A stretch of DNA of 64,000 bases from the human T2T-CHM13v2.0 reference genome, Homo sapiens, in the NCBI RefSeq assembly GCF_009914755.1, contig NC_060926.1; one strand, given 5' to 3'. The notes below the pieces were generated by a model, which saw only the letters and a program-made list of their open reading frames with translations, was not told the DNA's origin and ran no database searches. Both the position numbers and the translations under genes were made by a program. The number at the start of each line of letters is the position of its first letter. Within the stretch, counting starts at the first letter, position 1. Shown in pieces: positions 26,006 through 40,471 of the stretch.

Positions 26006-26753
26006 TAACTTATGCAAACCACAATTATATGAATAAAATATGGATAGTTTCAAATCAATAGAGTGTTCTGCGGTCTTATGTAGAATTTGGGAGTAGGGAA
26101 AGGGAATGTTGTTCAAAGTCTATCATGACCCTATGCAATGGTCCTTTAAAGTAGACCTGTTTGTAAGACACTAAGCATGTTTACACTCAGGGGCTCTGGG
26201 TTGTCAAAAAGTTGGTAGAAATAAGGTTGAGGAATAAGGTTACTTACTGTTGATAGGTACATAGGAACACTTTATAGACTTAAGGAAACAAGACCAGTTC
26301 CACACTCTATAAAATGGCTAGGCTTGGTCTTTTTACATATTGCCAAGCAAAGCTTGGATTGCGTTAGTGTCTGGCTACAGCTGGACCATGCCACGGAATT
26401 CCTCTGTGATGGCAGCCAACCACAACTGGGAAAAGAGAGGAACTATTAGACATAAAAAAAGAACTGGAACTAGCACATAGAATTAGTGAGAGAGCAAGTG
26501 ACATAGCAGATAGAGTTATAAAAGCAATAGAATTATGTGACTCTAGTTTGAATTCACTGTTTCCTTTATCACTGTAAGAGGATTGGTGCCCTTTCCCAAG
26601 ATAAAAGAGGCAAGTGAAAAGTTACTCAACTGGAGACAATAACTAGGATTTTGTACACTTGAAAGGCTTTTAAGATTTTCTTGGATACATATTTATGGCA
26701 GAAAATATTTGTTTTGCTCAAAGTTTTCTAAGCTTTTGCAAACCTGAAGTCAT

Positions 26754-27535
<782 letters not shown>

Positions 27536-28359
27536 CATTCCAAGGATGAATATTATATAAGCAATTATTAGATCACACAATATGTACTGAATTATTAACA
27601 TTTCTCATCTCCTAAATATAGTAATATGAGAGCTGGTGGTTTTAAATCTTTCTTGCTTTTAGCCTAATTTATCTTAGCTTCAGCCCAGTTTCCCCTAGAC
27701 CTGGGTCTGTGGTTCTGTAAAGAAATGGCAAGCTGAGTTATACTCAGGCATAGCAATTAAATTCTATTGTGCATGCCAGCTCCAGTCACTGGAAAGGGCT
27801 GGCCAGGCTGCCACGTAGAAATGAATTCTGAAGTTGCCTAGAGGCCTGGCAGGAAAGTGGGGCCTTGATGTTTTGCCATGAGAGAAAATGGAGACAATGT
27901 TTTCCTGTCGGCTGAGTGTGTGTTCTCCCTTTTCATACAAAATTCAGTTATACTGTAGACATTTCCCTGGAAAGTGTACTAGTTTTCCTCTTTCCTCCTG
28001 TAATTCTTTTAACACCAATATTTTTGAAGAAAGGGAAATGGATGCTTTTGCTTAGTAAACTGAGTTCAACTGGGAAGCCCTTACGTTGTAGAAAGGAAGG
28101 CCAGGTTGACAGTCAGCTACACTTGTTTCTTTGAGTTTAAGAAATTTACCTGGCGGTATCACCATAAATTCTATCTTCTAAGTGATGTTCAAAGAAGTGA
28201 CTGTAGCCACATTAATTTTGTTGCAGTTTGTGCTATGATTCTTATCACCAATTATCAGTTGGAGCAAAGCTTTATGCCCAAATTAGCAACCTTAAATTTA
28301 TCTACCCAAAGCTATTTTTGTTCAAAATTACTTACTCATATAAATGAAGTCATATTCCT

Positions 28360-28741
28360 TGTATTAGTCTGCTCGGCTGTCGTAACAAGATACCACAGAC
28401 TGTGTGGCTAAAACAACAGAGATTTGTTTTCTCACAGTTCTGAAAGCTGGAAAGTCCAAGGTCAAGGTGCCAGCAAGATAGTTTTCATTCTGAGGCTGCT
28501 TCTCCTGGCTTGTAGGTAGCCGCCATCTTGCTGGGTGCTCACATGACCTCTTCTTTGTGTGTGGTGAAAGAGAGAAAAAGCTCTCCATTGTCTCTTGTTA
28601 GAAGTCTCTTCTTCCTATTGTATCAAGACCCCACTTTTATGACCTCATCTAACCTTGATTACCTCGTTATAGGACCTATGTCCAAATACAGATTAGGACT
28701 TCAATATATAAATTTGGGGAAACATACATCAGTTCATAGCA
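28360..28741 (-). mobile_element. MaLR solo LTR (MLT1A-like)
   Basis: tgtattagtctgctcggctg...taccacagactg...ctcacagttctg...gacctcatctaacc...cagttcatagca. Confidence 0.9.
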
Positions 28742-29394
28742 TCTCTATAAAATAAAATTATAGGGAAGTTATAATTCTAAAACAGAAGATATATTTTTTC
28801 ATTTTAGATTCAATAAAATATCTTTTATTCTAACCTGTATCGTAAGTCATGATATCCTCTGTCCACAGAAAGTTCAAGGTCTTTAGAAAGATTTGTGAGG
28901 AAGCACGAAAAGCAATCCAAATCCGTTTATTTTATCAGAGTCTTATTTTCAGCCAGAATTATTTAGCTTGAGAGGTCACCAAGAATAATAAATACAAGTA
29001 GTCCAAAGGTTAAGTTATTTTCTTCCACACAAACTTTAATCAGTTTTATGATTTTTAATTCTTGTTTTAATTAGAAATCAGAGGATATTGAAAATCCCCT
29101 CTAATGAGCTTTTATTTTATTTTTTTATTTTATGGGAGATGATTTAAGTAATAAGGCTTGCCAAGTGAGTATCAGTTTTTGATCAAGGAAATAGTTCTGA
29201 GCTATTCAAAAGAGTATTTAAAACTGAGGACGGAAACAAGCCTCAAATTGGTATATTTATTGTTGTGATTTAGATAAAATAATTGGACTAGAAGTTTAGA
29301 AAAAAACAACAAAAAAACAGTTTCACTTCTGATTGTCTCTCTTCTCCTCGAATAAGTCCCAAGAGAAGAATGCCTCATACAAAACTGACCAGTA

Positions 29395-29590
29395 CCTAGG
29401 ACTGGAGGGAAGAATATCTGGGTTTGACTATACCACCAATACTCGCCAGGTGTGTGACTTCGGACAGAAGATTTAACTCTTTTGAGCCTCAACTTTCTTA
29501 TTCATAAAGTGGGACTATGAATTTCTGTCTAAAACATACGAGTATATATATATTTAGAATTGTGCCAGTCATATTACTGGTATGCAGTAA
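29395..29590 (+). mobile_element. MIR SINE
   Basis: tgtgtgacttcggacagaagatttaactcttttgagcctcaactttcttattcataaagtggg. Confidence 0.7.
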
Positions 29591-31929
29591 ATTTGATAAG
29601 AAGTCCTTTGTGGATAGATATGTATAAAACTCATAGTTGTTTAACTCCAACACACTTTTAATTTTTGGTTAAATATACAGGCACTCAAAGAATATTTGCT
29701 GAGTCAATGAGACAATCTATTATAAACAAGTGACTTATCATGTCATTTCCTTTACTCCAATATTCAGAGTTTGCCCCAATGGATCTTCCAGCCTTGGTAG
29801 TTTATGACATTTTGATACAGAATAGAATTGAAATCTACAATTTTTAGGACTGGCATCAAGGAGCAGCAAATAAAAATCTCATGTTAGTCAAGGCAAAGTT
29901 TGTGTGAATGAATAAGCCATTAACACTCCAGAAGTGTGAGCAACAGTTTTCTCTTTTTGGATTTCTTTTGTCCAAATTACAAAAGTAGTGCATATTTGTT
30001 GGAGTAAAATTTAAACAAATTAAATCCTCTATAGAATTCTAAAAAATAGAGGAAAGCCTGGCTTTCTTTCATTCTTATACTCCTTCTTATCCTACTTCCT
30101 AGGATTAAATGATGATAAAAGTTTGATACATATTTTTATCACAGCTCTTTCTCTCCGTGTCTCTCTCTCATATATTCATGCAAAGAAATTGACAGGTAGG
30201 GTTTTTCTTTTAATGAATTATATTGGACAGTAAGTAGATTTATAATTTATAAAGAAGGGAACACAGAGAGGCCTCCCAAAGAACGACTCCACATTGTTTA
30301 ATTTGCTGTAGTGTGAAACCTGAAGGGTGTCTGGGACTGGGCCAGATGAATCAGTTTTTGCCCAGAATGGCTCTTCCTGGTTCACCGCAATTATATCACA
30401 CAAATGACCACCTTCTCCACATCTATCCTGGCTGGCTTGATATTAATCAGTCTAGTTGAGGTCTGTTCCTTTTTACTAAACCCAAATCTGACATTAAATA
30501 TTGAAACTGTTCAATACATCAATAGGACAATCGGAGAGGGCTGTTCTTTTTACTTTGCAGTTCCCAGTGACACAGAACAGCTGAAAATCTGATCACAACA
30601 TGCCGTTTTGAGTTCACTTAATGTTCCCTATCTCCTAGGCTCCATAAATAAAGAATCAGTGTTTGGAGAGTGATTTCAGGGTCTCGTCCATCTTCAGTGT
30701 CTTTAAGGATGGAAAACCTGAATTGCAGGGTCGGCAACATTCCGCAGTCTCCGGCCTGAGAGCCAAAAAGAGTGAAGAGATTCTCCCTAAATCTCAGGCC
30801 TCTCTCTGGCTGGGTATTGGGCACAGATTTTAATCACTGGGTGTCGTCGACCCTTGAGTGCCATAACCTCTGTGCGGATGAAGACATTACTTTTGGAGGG
30901 GTAACAGCATATATCTGCCCACAGTCTTAGGTCTATTTTTTGGTGACTCTTGTATTTGAGAAGCTCCTGCTATGTCAGAATCATAATAATTTTTCAAGGA
31001 CATTTTATGTTTTCTAAGGTTTGAGTCCTCATCAACCAGGATTAGAAGAGACACGTCAACTTTCACTCCCTTGCTGTTTTCCAGCACATTTAACATAATG
31101 CTTTAGAAAGAGTTTTCACAAACAGTAAACATCTGTGTATAATGGGGTCGACATTATTCCTGACTTTTCAACAATAGCCTAGTCAAAATCCTTTATCATC
31201 CTATGTTGTTCAAATTACTAGCACCAATTTCTTCTTTCACTCCTCCATGTTTTTCCTTTTTGGGTTTCCATTGATTTGATGACTTTTCTTAGCTTTTTGT
31301 TAGTTGCTTGCTCCAGTCTTTTTAACCTCTTCTAGAGACTGCTCTAGAATTTATCCAGAAAACCCTCTTTGCTCTTCTTTAGTATAAACACCACTCTTAC
31401 CTTCAGCTTTTACAATTACAACAGAATAGCTGGACATCACTACAGAATTTTTTATTTTTTTTTGGTAGATTTTCTCATCTGGAGTCCTATTTGAAAACGT
31501 ACTTTTTGTATGGTCCTTACTTTAGATCCATTGCTTAAGAAGTTTTGGATAAGTGATTTCCAAGATGATTGTAACATTTAGAGAGAGTTGGCCACAAGTG
31601 TGCCGTGCTTTTATTTCTTAATTTAACAATTATTTATGAAGACTTTACAATGTGTTATCAAGCCCTGTCTGAATCCAGTTTTTTTCAGTGAAATTGCCAA
31701 CTACATGTTTGGTCCAAATTAGAGACCTCTGATGTGATCTCTCAGGTTGCCAGCTGAAGGCATGTGTACAGGCTTTCTCTGCCGCCATGCTCTGTGCCTT
31801 GGCAACTGCTCTCATCGGGCAAATGCCAGGGCTTTATGTTCTGCCTTTTATACTTTCACCATCCACTCTGTAGCTGTACTTCATCATTATTGGAGTAGGA
31901 ATTATATACATTTGCACATTTTTCCTGAA

Positions 31930-32400
31930 ACATGGTCACTAGGTTGCAAAGAATAAAAACCCATTCAAATAAATAAAGCAAAAATTGACGAATCAATGGG
32001 AATCTTCTGAAGCTAGGCCTCACAGGGCCTGTAACCAGGAACTGGAGGACTGGGGCCAGTCCCACCCCTCAGTGTTTCTCTGCTGATCTTCTTGTCTCTC
32101 CTTCAGCTGCAATTCACATTGTCTTGACTTTGGCAAATGTCGGGCCCAGTTGTGATTGTTTTAAACCCTACCCAGCTACTCAGTTTTACCAATTTTAAGT
32201 TTTCAGTAGAGACTGACTAGTTTTCCTTTTTTCCAAATATAACTTTCAGAAAGAGAAGTTTGTTTTGTTTGTATCTCTATAACTAATTCCATTAGCGGAA
32301 ACTGGGGGTACTGGGCTCATGAGGTCTGTTGATTTCTTAATAGAGGCTGTTGGAACAAGTTTTCTGAGAAGGAGTTAAGAAAGTTGGAAGGACAAGATTG
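31930..32400 (-). mobile_element. Old ERVL-type LTR (LTR33-like)
   Basis: ggttgcaaagaataaaaacccattcaa...aggaactgga...tttctctgct resembles LTR33; heavily diverged. Confidence 0.4.
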
Positions 32401-32732
32401 CTGCCTCTAGTACAATTCTATACACACGCACACACCCCACATATGTACATATATATTATCTGTTCATAAAAAAGATATGCAGATTACAAAATGGAGGTTG
32501 AGAAGCCAGCATAATACAGAAGAAAAAGCCTTGGAGTGGGAGGAAAGAGTCATGAACGCTTGAACTAGCTTTGTGAGTAATTGCTGGTGTCACTTTCTCA
32601 TTTCTGAATTTCATTGTCCTAATTAATAAGTGAGGAATGTACTAGTAGTTGGTTATGCACCTTAACACCCTTTTAAATAAACGATTTTTAAAAAAATGGC
32701 TCTTATACTACATTTCTTCTTTTTTCCTATGT

Positions 32733-33760
32733 TAGTGGTTCTCAGACTTTTTGGTCTCAGGGACTCATATCCTTAAAAAAACAAATAAAAGATTGAGGAA
32801 ATCCAAGAGCTTTTATTTATATGGGTCATGTTTATTAATGTTGACTGTATTAAAAATTAACACTAACGTTTAGAAAAAAGTGTTTATTAATTAATTTGAA
32901 AATCACAATAATATGCTAATTGTGTTTTAACGTAAGTAACATTTTTATGAAAAGTAACTTATTTCCAAAACAAAACACAGTCTCTTCAATGTCTGCATTG
33001 AAAGAAAAACAGATGGATTTTCATAACTATTTCTGCATTCAATCTTTTACAGCTTGTTGTTTTCACTGAAGTGCTTGAAGAAAATGGACCTTATGCAGAA
33101 TTGTAGTTGGAAAAGGCAGAAATATTTTGTGGCCTTTTTAGATAATTGTGGTTCTTTTTCTTTGGTAGCACACCACAACTCTATTAAAGGTAGTTTCTTA
33201 AAGGTTAGTGGCAATATAGGATCTGAAACCATATCTATTAACTTTTTACTATGAAAAGTTTATTAATCTATTTTGTACTCTTTTACCCATGCACATTTCT
33301 TTAATGTCATCCATTGGTCATTTGGAAGATGCTGACTTACCTACTAATTTAGATCTTCCAAATATCAACAATTTTCACTATACAACGTTGAGAAATCATG
33401 CTTGTTAATACAGTTAATACAACCACACATGTCATCAGAAAAGTCTAAGTATTGGAAAGAAGTTAAGCTCCCATGACAGTTAGAAATTTCCTGAATTCTA
33501 ATTTTGGCTTGAAAGTTCCTATTTTAACACTGGCCACAGCTATTGTCAGTTGTTTTCCTTAAAGTGTTAGGCTCACTTTGTTCATTTTAGAGAATGTATC
33601 AGGCAAATATTCAAGTGTGAATAATCACAGTGTGCCTGTCAGTTGTTCTTTCACATAAAAGTGTCATTTCATTAAAAAGCAGCTCATCAACTTACAACTT
33701 CACTGTACAACCATTGTACTTTGATTAGTAGTAGAAGTGTTTTATGCATTGTTTCACCAA
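32733..33760. mobile_element. Charlie1-family hAT DNA transposon fragment with transposase remnant on minus strand
   Basis: Terminus tagtggttctcagactttttggtctcagg...ccaagagcttttatttatatggg; ORF 33047-33232(-) LTFKKLPLIELWC..KEKEPQLSKKA resembles the hAT C-terminal dimerisation region. Confidence 0.8.
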
Positions 33761-33789
33761 GAAAAGGCTTTTGACGAGTTCGTCTACAG

Positions 33790-35470
33790 AGGCATTATGA
33801 GAAAGGCTATGTGGGAGGTGAATATTTTGTGATTTGCATGTCTGAAGTTAATTTTATTCTATCTTCTTATTTGATTGATAGTTTTGCTAGTTACAGAATT
33901 CTGTTAGAAATCATTTTCCCTTAGTGTGTTGTTCCATCCAGCCTGCTAGTTTCCAGAATTGCTATTGAGAAACCCATGGCTCCTCTGATTTCTTATTGTT
34001 CATACATAACACTTTTATTTTTCCTCCATGAAAGTTCTTAGCATCTTTGTCCCCAGTGCTCTAAAATTTCAGAATGGTGTTCCTCATTCAGGGTCTAGTT
34101 TTACTTTTTGTGTTGGACATTCAGTGGGCATTTTCAATCTAAAAACTCTGGCCCTTCTATTTCTAGAAAATTTAAGTCATTATTTGGTTGATGATTTCTT
34201 CCCTCCTGTTCTTTGTTTCCCTTTCTTTCTAGTACTAATATTTAGGTATCAGACCACTGCAAACAAGTCTTCTAATTTTGTTATCTTTTCCATCTCTTTA
34301 AAGACGCTCTTTTTATATGGGTTTCCTCAACTTTACGTTATACTGATCCAAAAAATTCTGATATCACATTTTTAATTACTAGTGTTTTATTTGAATTCTC
34401 TTTTATTTTTTAAAACAACATTCTAGCCTTGTTTCATGGATATAATAGCCACTGTTACTACTCTTAATAATAGTTTCTTTCATTTTTTTCTCCCTTCATA
34501 GTCCTTGCTTCCTCCAAGGACTTTTTTCTATTTATTTGACTTGGTCTCTATATTAGAGACCTTCCTCCAAGGACCTTTTTCTATTTGTTTTACTTGGTCT
34601 CTATATTAAAGATATAGAATTTCCTCGTGTCTAATAACCCTCAGTTTTCTGCCCATGATTTAGAATAGAAATGTAAAATGTAATCGAAACCTCTGCGCAC
34701 ATGAATAGGGTTTGCAGACTTTGGTCTCCTTGGCAGGGTGATGAGGGTGAGTTGTTAGAGTTCTTTGATGTTAATGTCTTTGGGCTTTTCCTTGGAGCAG
34801 ACTCTTCCAATCTTTTGTATTGAAAATACAGGTCTGCCTACCAGAGTTTTGGAAATAAAAAACAGGAAAGGGGTAGGTTGGTCAGCATTCCATAGTCACT
34901 TGGCCACATCATCTCACTGTTCTTAAAAGACTGTCTAGGTTTTCACATGAGTCTGGAGTCCTTTTGTGCTGATACCCTCTATTTAGAGTCTCCAGAATTG
35001 AACCTTCCAGAAATCTTTTGAGAAGTCTCCAGCATTTTGCCAGAGTGGAGGATGGGCAGTTGTCTATGGGCATAGAGTGGGGAGGGGTTCCAGGGATCTA
35101 TTTTTTTTCTCAAATAATGTTAAACCAATTATCATCGTTCTCTTCATCTAAATTACGCTTTGCTCCCAGTTCCAGAGATATCTGGTGCTGTCACTTCCTG
35201 TACCTTTTGATGATTCTGCAGTGCAAATATGGTTGTTTCTCAATTTTCTATAGTACCAGCTTAAGCTTGGACTGATTAATTATTTAATTAAGTCTGCTGA
35301 ATTATTCAATACTCATCTTTCAGTCTTCCAAAAATTTGTTGCTGTTAAATCTTCTCTTTTTATTTCCATCCTTATAAGTTTATGTCTTCCAAAAAATATT
35401 TACTTATCTAGTGGGTGTTTTTAGGTACTGCCAAATTAGATGCATGTATCCAATTGGCTATCTTTTCCTG
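33790..35470 (-). mobile_element. HAL1 / L1M 5' region (ORF1-like), highly diverged
   Basis: gcatgtctgaag..ttttattctat..ttgattgatagttttgct..agaattct..agaaatcattttccc..tgctattgagaa; ends gatgcatgtatccaattggctatctt. Confidence 0.7.
34508..34613. repeat. 53-bp tandem duplication
   Basis: cttcctccaaggac...cttggtctctatatta twice, with a few mismatches. Confidence 0.92.
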
Positions 35471-36079
35471 GTTTTGACCTTTCTTACATTTAAAAGGAGA
35501 ACTAAAATGACTTAAGCACCTAAGTGTTGGACATTTCAGGTCACCAGCAAGAGCAGGACAAAAACTTGAAACTTTGGCGATCTTTAACCATGGAATTCAG
35601 GATGCTGGTTCTCTACCAAGTGGGCTTTATACTCTTCTCAAACAATTATTTAACTCCACTTCTGTGACCTTCTTTAGCTAGATCCTTATTTCTCTAGAAA
35701 ATCGTTTCATTTCTCTTTGGTTCATTTGTGCTCAATTCTTCTCAGTAACAGTTTTAATCTTCCACTACTCTCTTCTAGCCCAATCCCATGTCTCATTCGT
35801 TCTCAGAAAATTATGCAAACTCTTACTTAATATGGAATCTGTTCATGTACCTCTAGTTCTCACCTGGATATCTAGACAGATCTGCAGCTTGTAGCTGGCC
35901 TCACATGAACTTCCTTATTTCCAGTCTCAGAGGAAATAAAAAGCTTCTTCCTCATAGAGACTGATCTTACCACCAGAAGTCTGAACCCCATCTCCTCAGA
36001 TTTCTCCTGAAAATTACTGCATTATTATTTCCACCTTATTCCTATTTCCACTTTTCTACCTCAAAAACTCCCATGTCTC

Positions 36080-36315
36080 ACTTTTGATGACCCAGCTCAT
36101 GCTTCATGTCCTTTCTGAAGCTTCTTTGACCGTGTACACTCAGAGGTGGTTGCTTCATACATGGCACCACCATTTGACCTCATTGCCCCCATACTTGAAT
36201 GTGAACTCAGTGAAGAAAAAGATCGTTATTGCTCACTTTTGTACTGCTAATGCCTAACATGTTTCTTAAAACATAGTAGGCATGCACATTTTTCTCTCAA
36301 TCAACAAATGAATGC
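36080..36315 (+). mobile_element. L2 3' end fragment
   Basis: ctttctgaagcttctttgacc...tgcctaacatg...acatagtaggc...aaatgaatg. Confidence 0.6.
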
Positions 36316-39300
36316 TTTAACTCTGGTGCTAAGAGCTGGAAACTTTTTGAGTTCAAGCAGTATTTTAATCAATATTCTTTAGTGAGAAAACATTATTAGA
36401 ATATTCTAATTCTAAATCATTGTTTAACTTAGGAGCTCAAAAAGAAAAAATACTAATGGTGAGCTATCTTGCCACCTAAATACAATGACCTTTTATATTG
36501 TAAAAGTGAGAATACCGTTTTCCGCAAGTATAATTTTTGCAAAATTCAGAATAAAATGCAGCTTTTTGGTGTTGTTTCCCCCCTGTTGCTGTTACTCCGG
36601 ACAGTATGTATTTTGCTTAAATTTTCTAATCAGGTCAGTAGTACATCTGCTGTTTCATTCCCATGCTGACTCATATCTGATAGATTTGTTTAGGGGAAGA
36701 ATACAGAAAAATTTAGTAATATTTTTAGAGGAAAAAAATAGTATTTTCTATAGAATTTATGATTTTATAGTATCATAACTTTTATTTATCTGGGGTTATT
36801 ACCTTTCCCAAGCATAAATTTGCCTCCTCACAGCCAAGTTTCTTAACAGTGGTTTATATTCCATGTGCCATTTTTTGCCTTTTATTTAGCTTTTGATCCA
36901 TTGAAATCTAGTATTTCTTTTACCTTTCCACAAAACTGCTCTTAGCAAGGCTAAATGTGACCTAGTTACTGCTAAACTCAATGAATAGATTTTGGGTTTA
37001 ATTAATGAGTTAAGTAATATAACCTGCAGTTTGTTGTTAATCTATATGCATGTGCTGAAGTGTTTCATGTTATATAAAGAATTTTGAACCGTAATCTTAT
37101 CCCTCAGAGAACTTATGGACAAGTTAATACACGTAAGAACAATACAGAACTAAGTTACTAAAATCAGAATGTGATTAGTACCGTAAAAGAGGCAAAGATA
37201 AAATGTGAAAAAATCAGGAAGAAAATCTGAGGAAAGAGGCAACATTTAGATGGGCATTGAATAATATGTAGTAATTGGGGATGGCAGGAAGGGAATAAAA
37301 TGAGCACTTTCCTAACCTTATTTTGTTTTCCAGGAGGTCAAAGTCAATTCTTTTAGCTTTGATTTTAAAGCCTTCTTTGAATGAGGCAATGAAGAGGCTG
37401 GAAGAGATATTTTGAATTTGGGTACTTTACTTGCCTTTTCCAAAGACTACAAACATTTAATTTGCTTTAAGACTGCTCCTTGAATTTTTATTCCAGAAGA
37501 CTTGCCTTATGACCATAATTTTGTAAGATAGAACAAAATTTCCAAACCAGCACTTTGTTCTCTTATATAATGTACAAAATGCTGAAGTTACAAACCACAC
37601 CTGCCATGGCACCTCCTTAATGCTGCCAAGGTAGCAGTCAGCCTCTGAGTTGGGCACTATCTGCAGTTGAAGACTGTTTACCACAGGGAAAGGAAGGGAA
37701 CTGAGTCCTGGCAAACACTGGTTCTGCATTCCACTGCTTTGGAGATGTGGGATGCACAGTAGAATCCAGGACTGAATGACTGCCAAAGCTCCCTAAAAAT
37801 TATAATGATTGTTTTATTGGGCTCATCAATTATCTACCTTACATGTGAACTCCTTTTCAGGTCATAAATGTTGCGACAACACTCAGAACAGGAAGAAATG
37901 AAAGCAGGAGAAATGGGCAATCAGGGAGCAATGGTCAAAATTCCTAATAGGCAGATCTTGGGACCTTAGAATAGTATAGGCTGGCTTGGGGGACTGCTGT
38001 CACTAATAGCTGAACTAGATGAAGTAGTCTGTCCCTGATGTCTGGGGAACTATAGTGCAATGGATTTTATGTGTGCATTCTGTCTTCACAGTGATTTATG
38101 ACTTTGGCCATAGAGAAAATTTATTGAAGGCATTTGTCAGGGATTGTGGAGCAGATTGTTATGCTTACATAAAGAGTTACCTCCAGTGTTTATTTCTGTG
38201 TGTTCATGAAAGCATCTGTATCTAGAACTGAACATTTCTAAGGCACTTTTGGGGGTCTTGTTTGCTGAGTTATTTGCAACTGGAGAACTGAGGGTGAGGA
38301 AAGCTCCAAAAATCCCTTATGAGGAAATCATGGCTATCTATTTTAGTGTTTTATAAATTTAGGATTTGGATCACATTTTCAGCTGGAAGTTTTTGCAGAA
38401 GAGAATTATTCCAGAAAACATAAATGTCACCATTAGAACTGTGTAAGACAATGACAGTAGCAGAGATAATGTTTTGCTTTTTTATGGATGTGGAACTCCA
38501 CTTGGGGCAACTGATAATTTTTGAGATGTTTGTGTTTGGTTCTGGTTAGCAAGCAGCAGGGAGTGGAACCTGTCAGGAATGTCAGTCAACTGGATCTGTG
38601 ACAGTCGGTCACCCTGAGGTTGGTCTGCATCATACAGACTATATATCCAGTGTACTTGGAAGCAGGCAGCCTCCAGGATAAGAGCAAATTATAGTCAAGG
38701 ATCAGCTAAGAGGACAGTTTGAAAAGTTTGTGGTGATGATCAAGAGATGAATAGTGGAAAAATCAGGAAGCCAAATCCAGTAACGGGAGATGCAAAGAGG
38801 GGCAATTCACACTTGTCAATGAGTGTAGGTCAGTTCTTATTGGATACGGGAATGGCAGCCAGCTCTAAAGCTGGACTGGCATAGGCTAGTCAATAACTTC
38901 ACTTATTTGTTGATTCTAATCCCTGCTCTCACGTTCTATGTGGTTTTAGGCAATACCTCATGAGAGAAAGAGTACAATAAACTACTTCATTAATTAATTT
39001 GGACGATAAATTGAAAATGTAGAGCGAGCACTTCCCACTTTCTATGTGTTTGTGTGTTTGGTTGGAATATTATGGGACATAAGTCTGGAGAGGTGGCTTT
39101 CAGACAGTGAATCACACAGTAGTTGATCATCTAATGTAAAAGCGAGTTTAGAAATTTGTGTTCTTTTTCTCATTAAACTTACATTTTATTGCTACTTGAG
39201 AATTCATAATACTATATTTGCTTTTTTTTCAGAAAGTCCTTCAAGTGATTACTACTGAAAGAATAAGAAAATGTGAGTTTTACTTTTTGTTGTATTAGTA

Positions 39301-39759
39301 CAGTTACAACGGTTAGTAGGATAAAATAACTTTTTTTATTCGTATAGCAGAATAGTTAAAAGTATGCACTCTTATGTAGTCAGGCCTGCCTGCTCTGCCT
39401 CCTACCAATGGCTCTGGCCTTTGCAGAGCTATATGTGCCCAGCAGGGGAAATCCTCATAGCTCACATTCAACTCTGGTATTTCCCCATATGCAAGTGTTA
39501 TTATGGGTCTGTATCCTACTCCTGAATAACTCAGGAAAAGATATTAGGAAAGCCCTGTTGATAACAAGACACATAGGATAAAGAAGTTCTGTCTTATATT
39601 TACCTGAAGTAGCTTTGAAATTAACTTGTCACAGTCTATGGACCATTAAATATAAGCATGTTGGCATCTTAAGGTTGGATGGCAGAGATAGGCATATATC
39701 TCTGCATATGAAAAATAAGCAGCAGTAGGGTTATGGCTATCATTAGGGTTACTCAGAAT

Positions 39760-40471
<712 letters not shown>

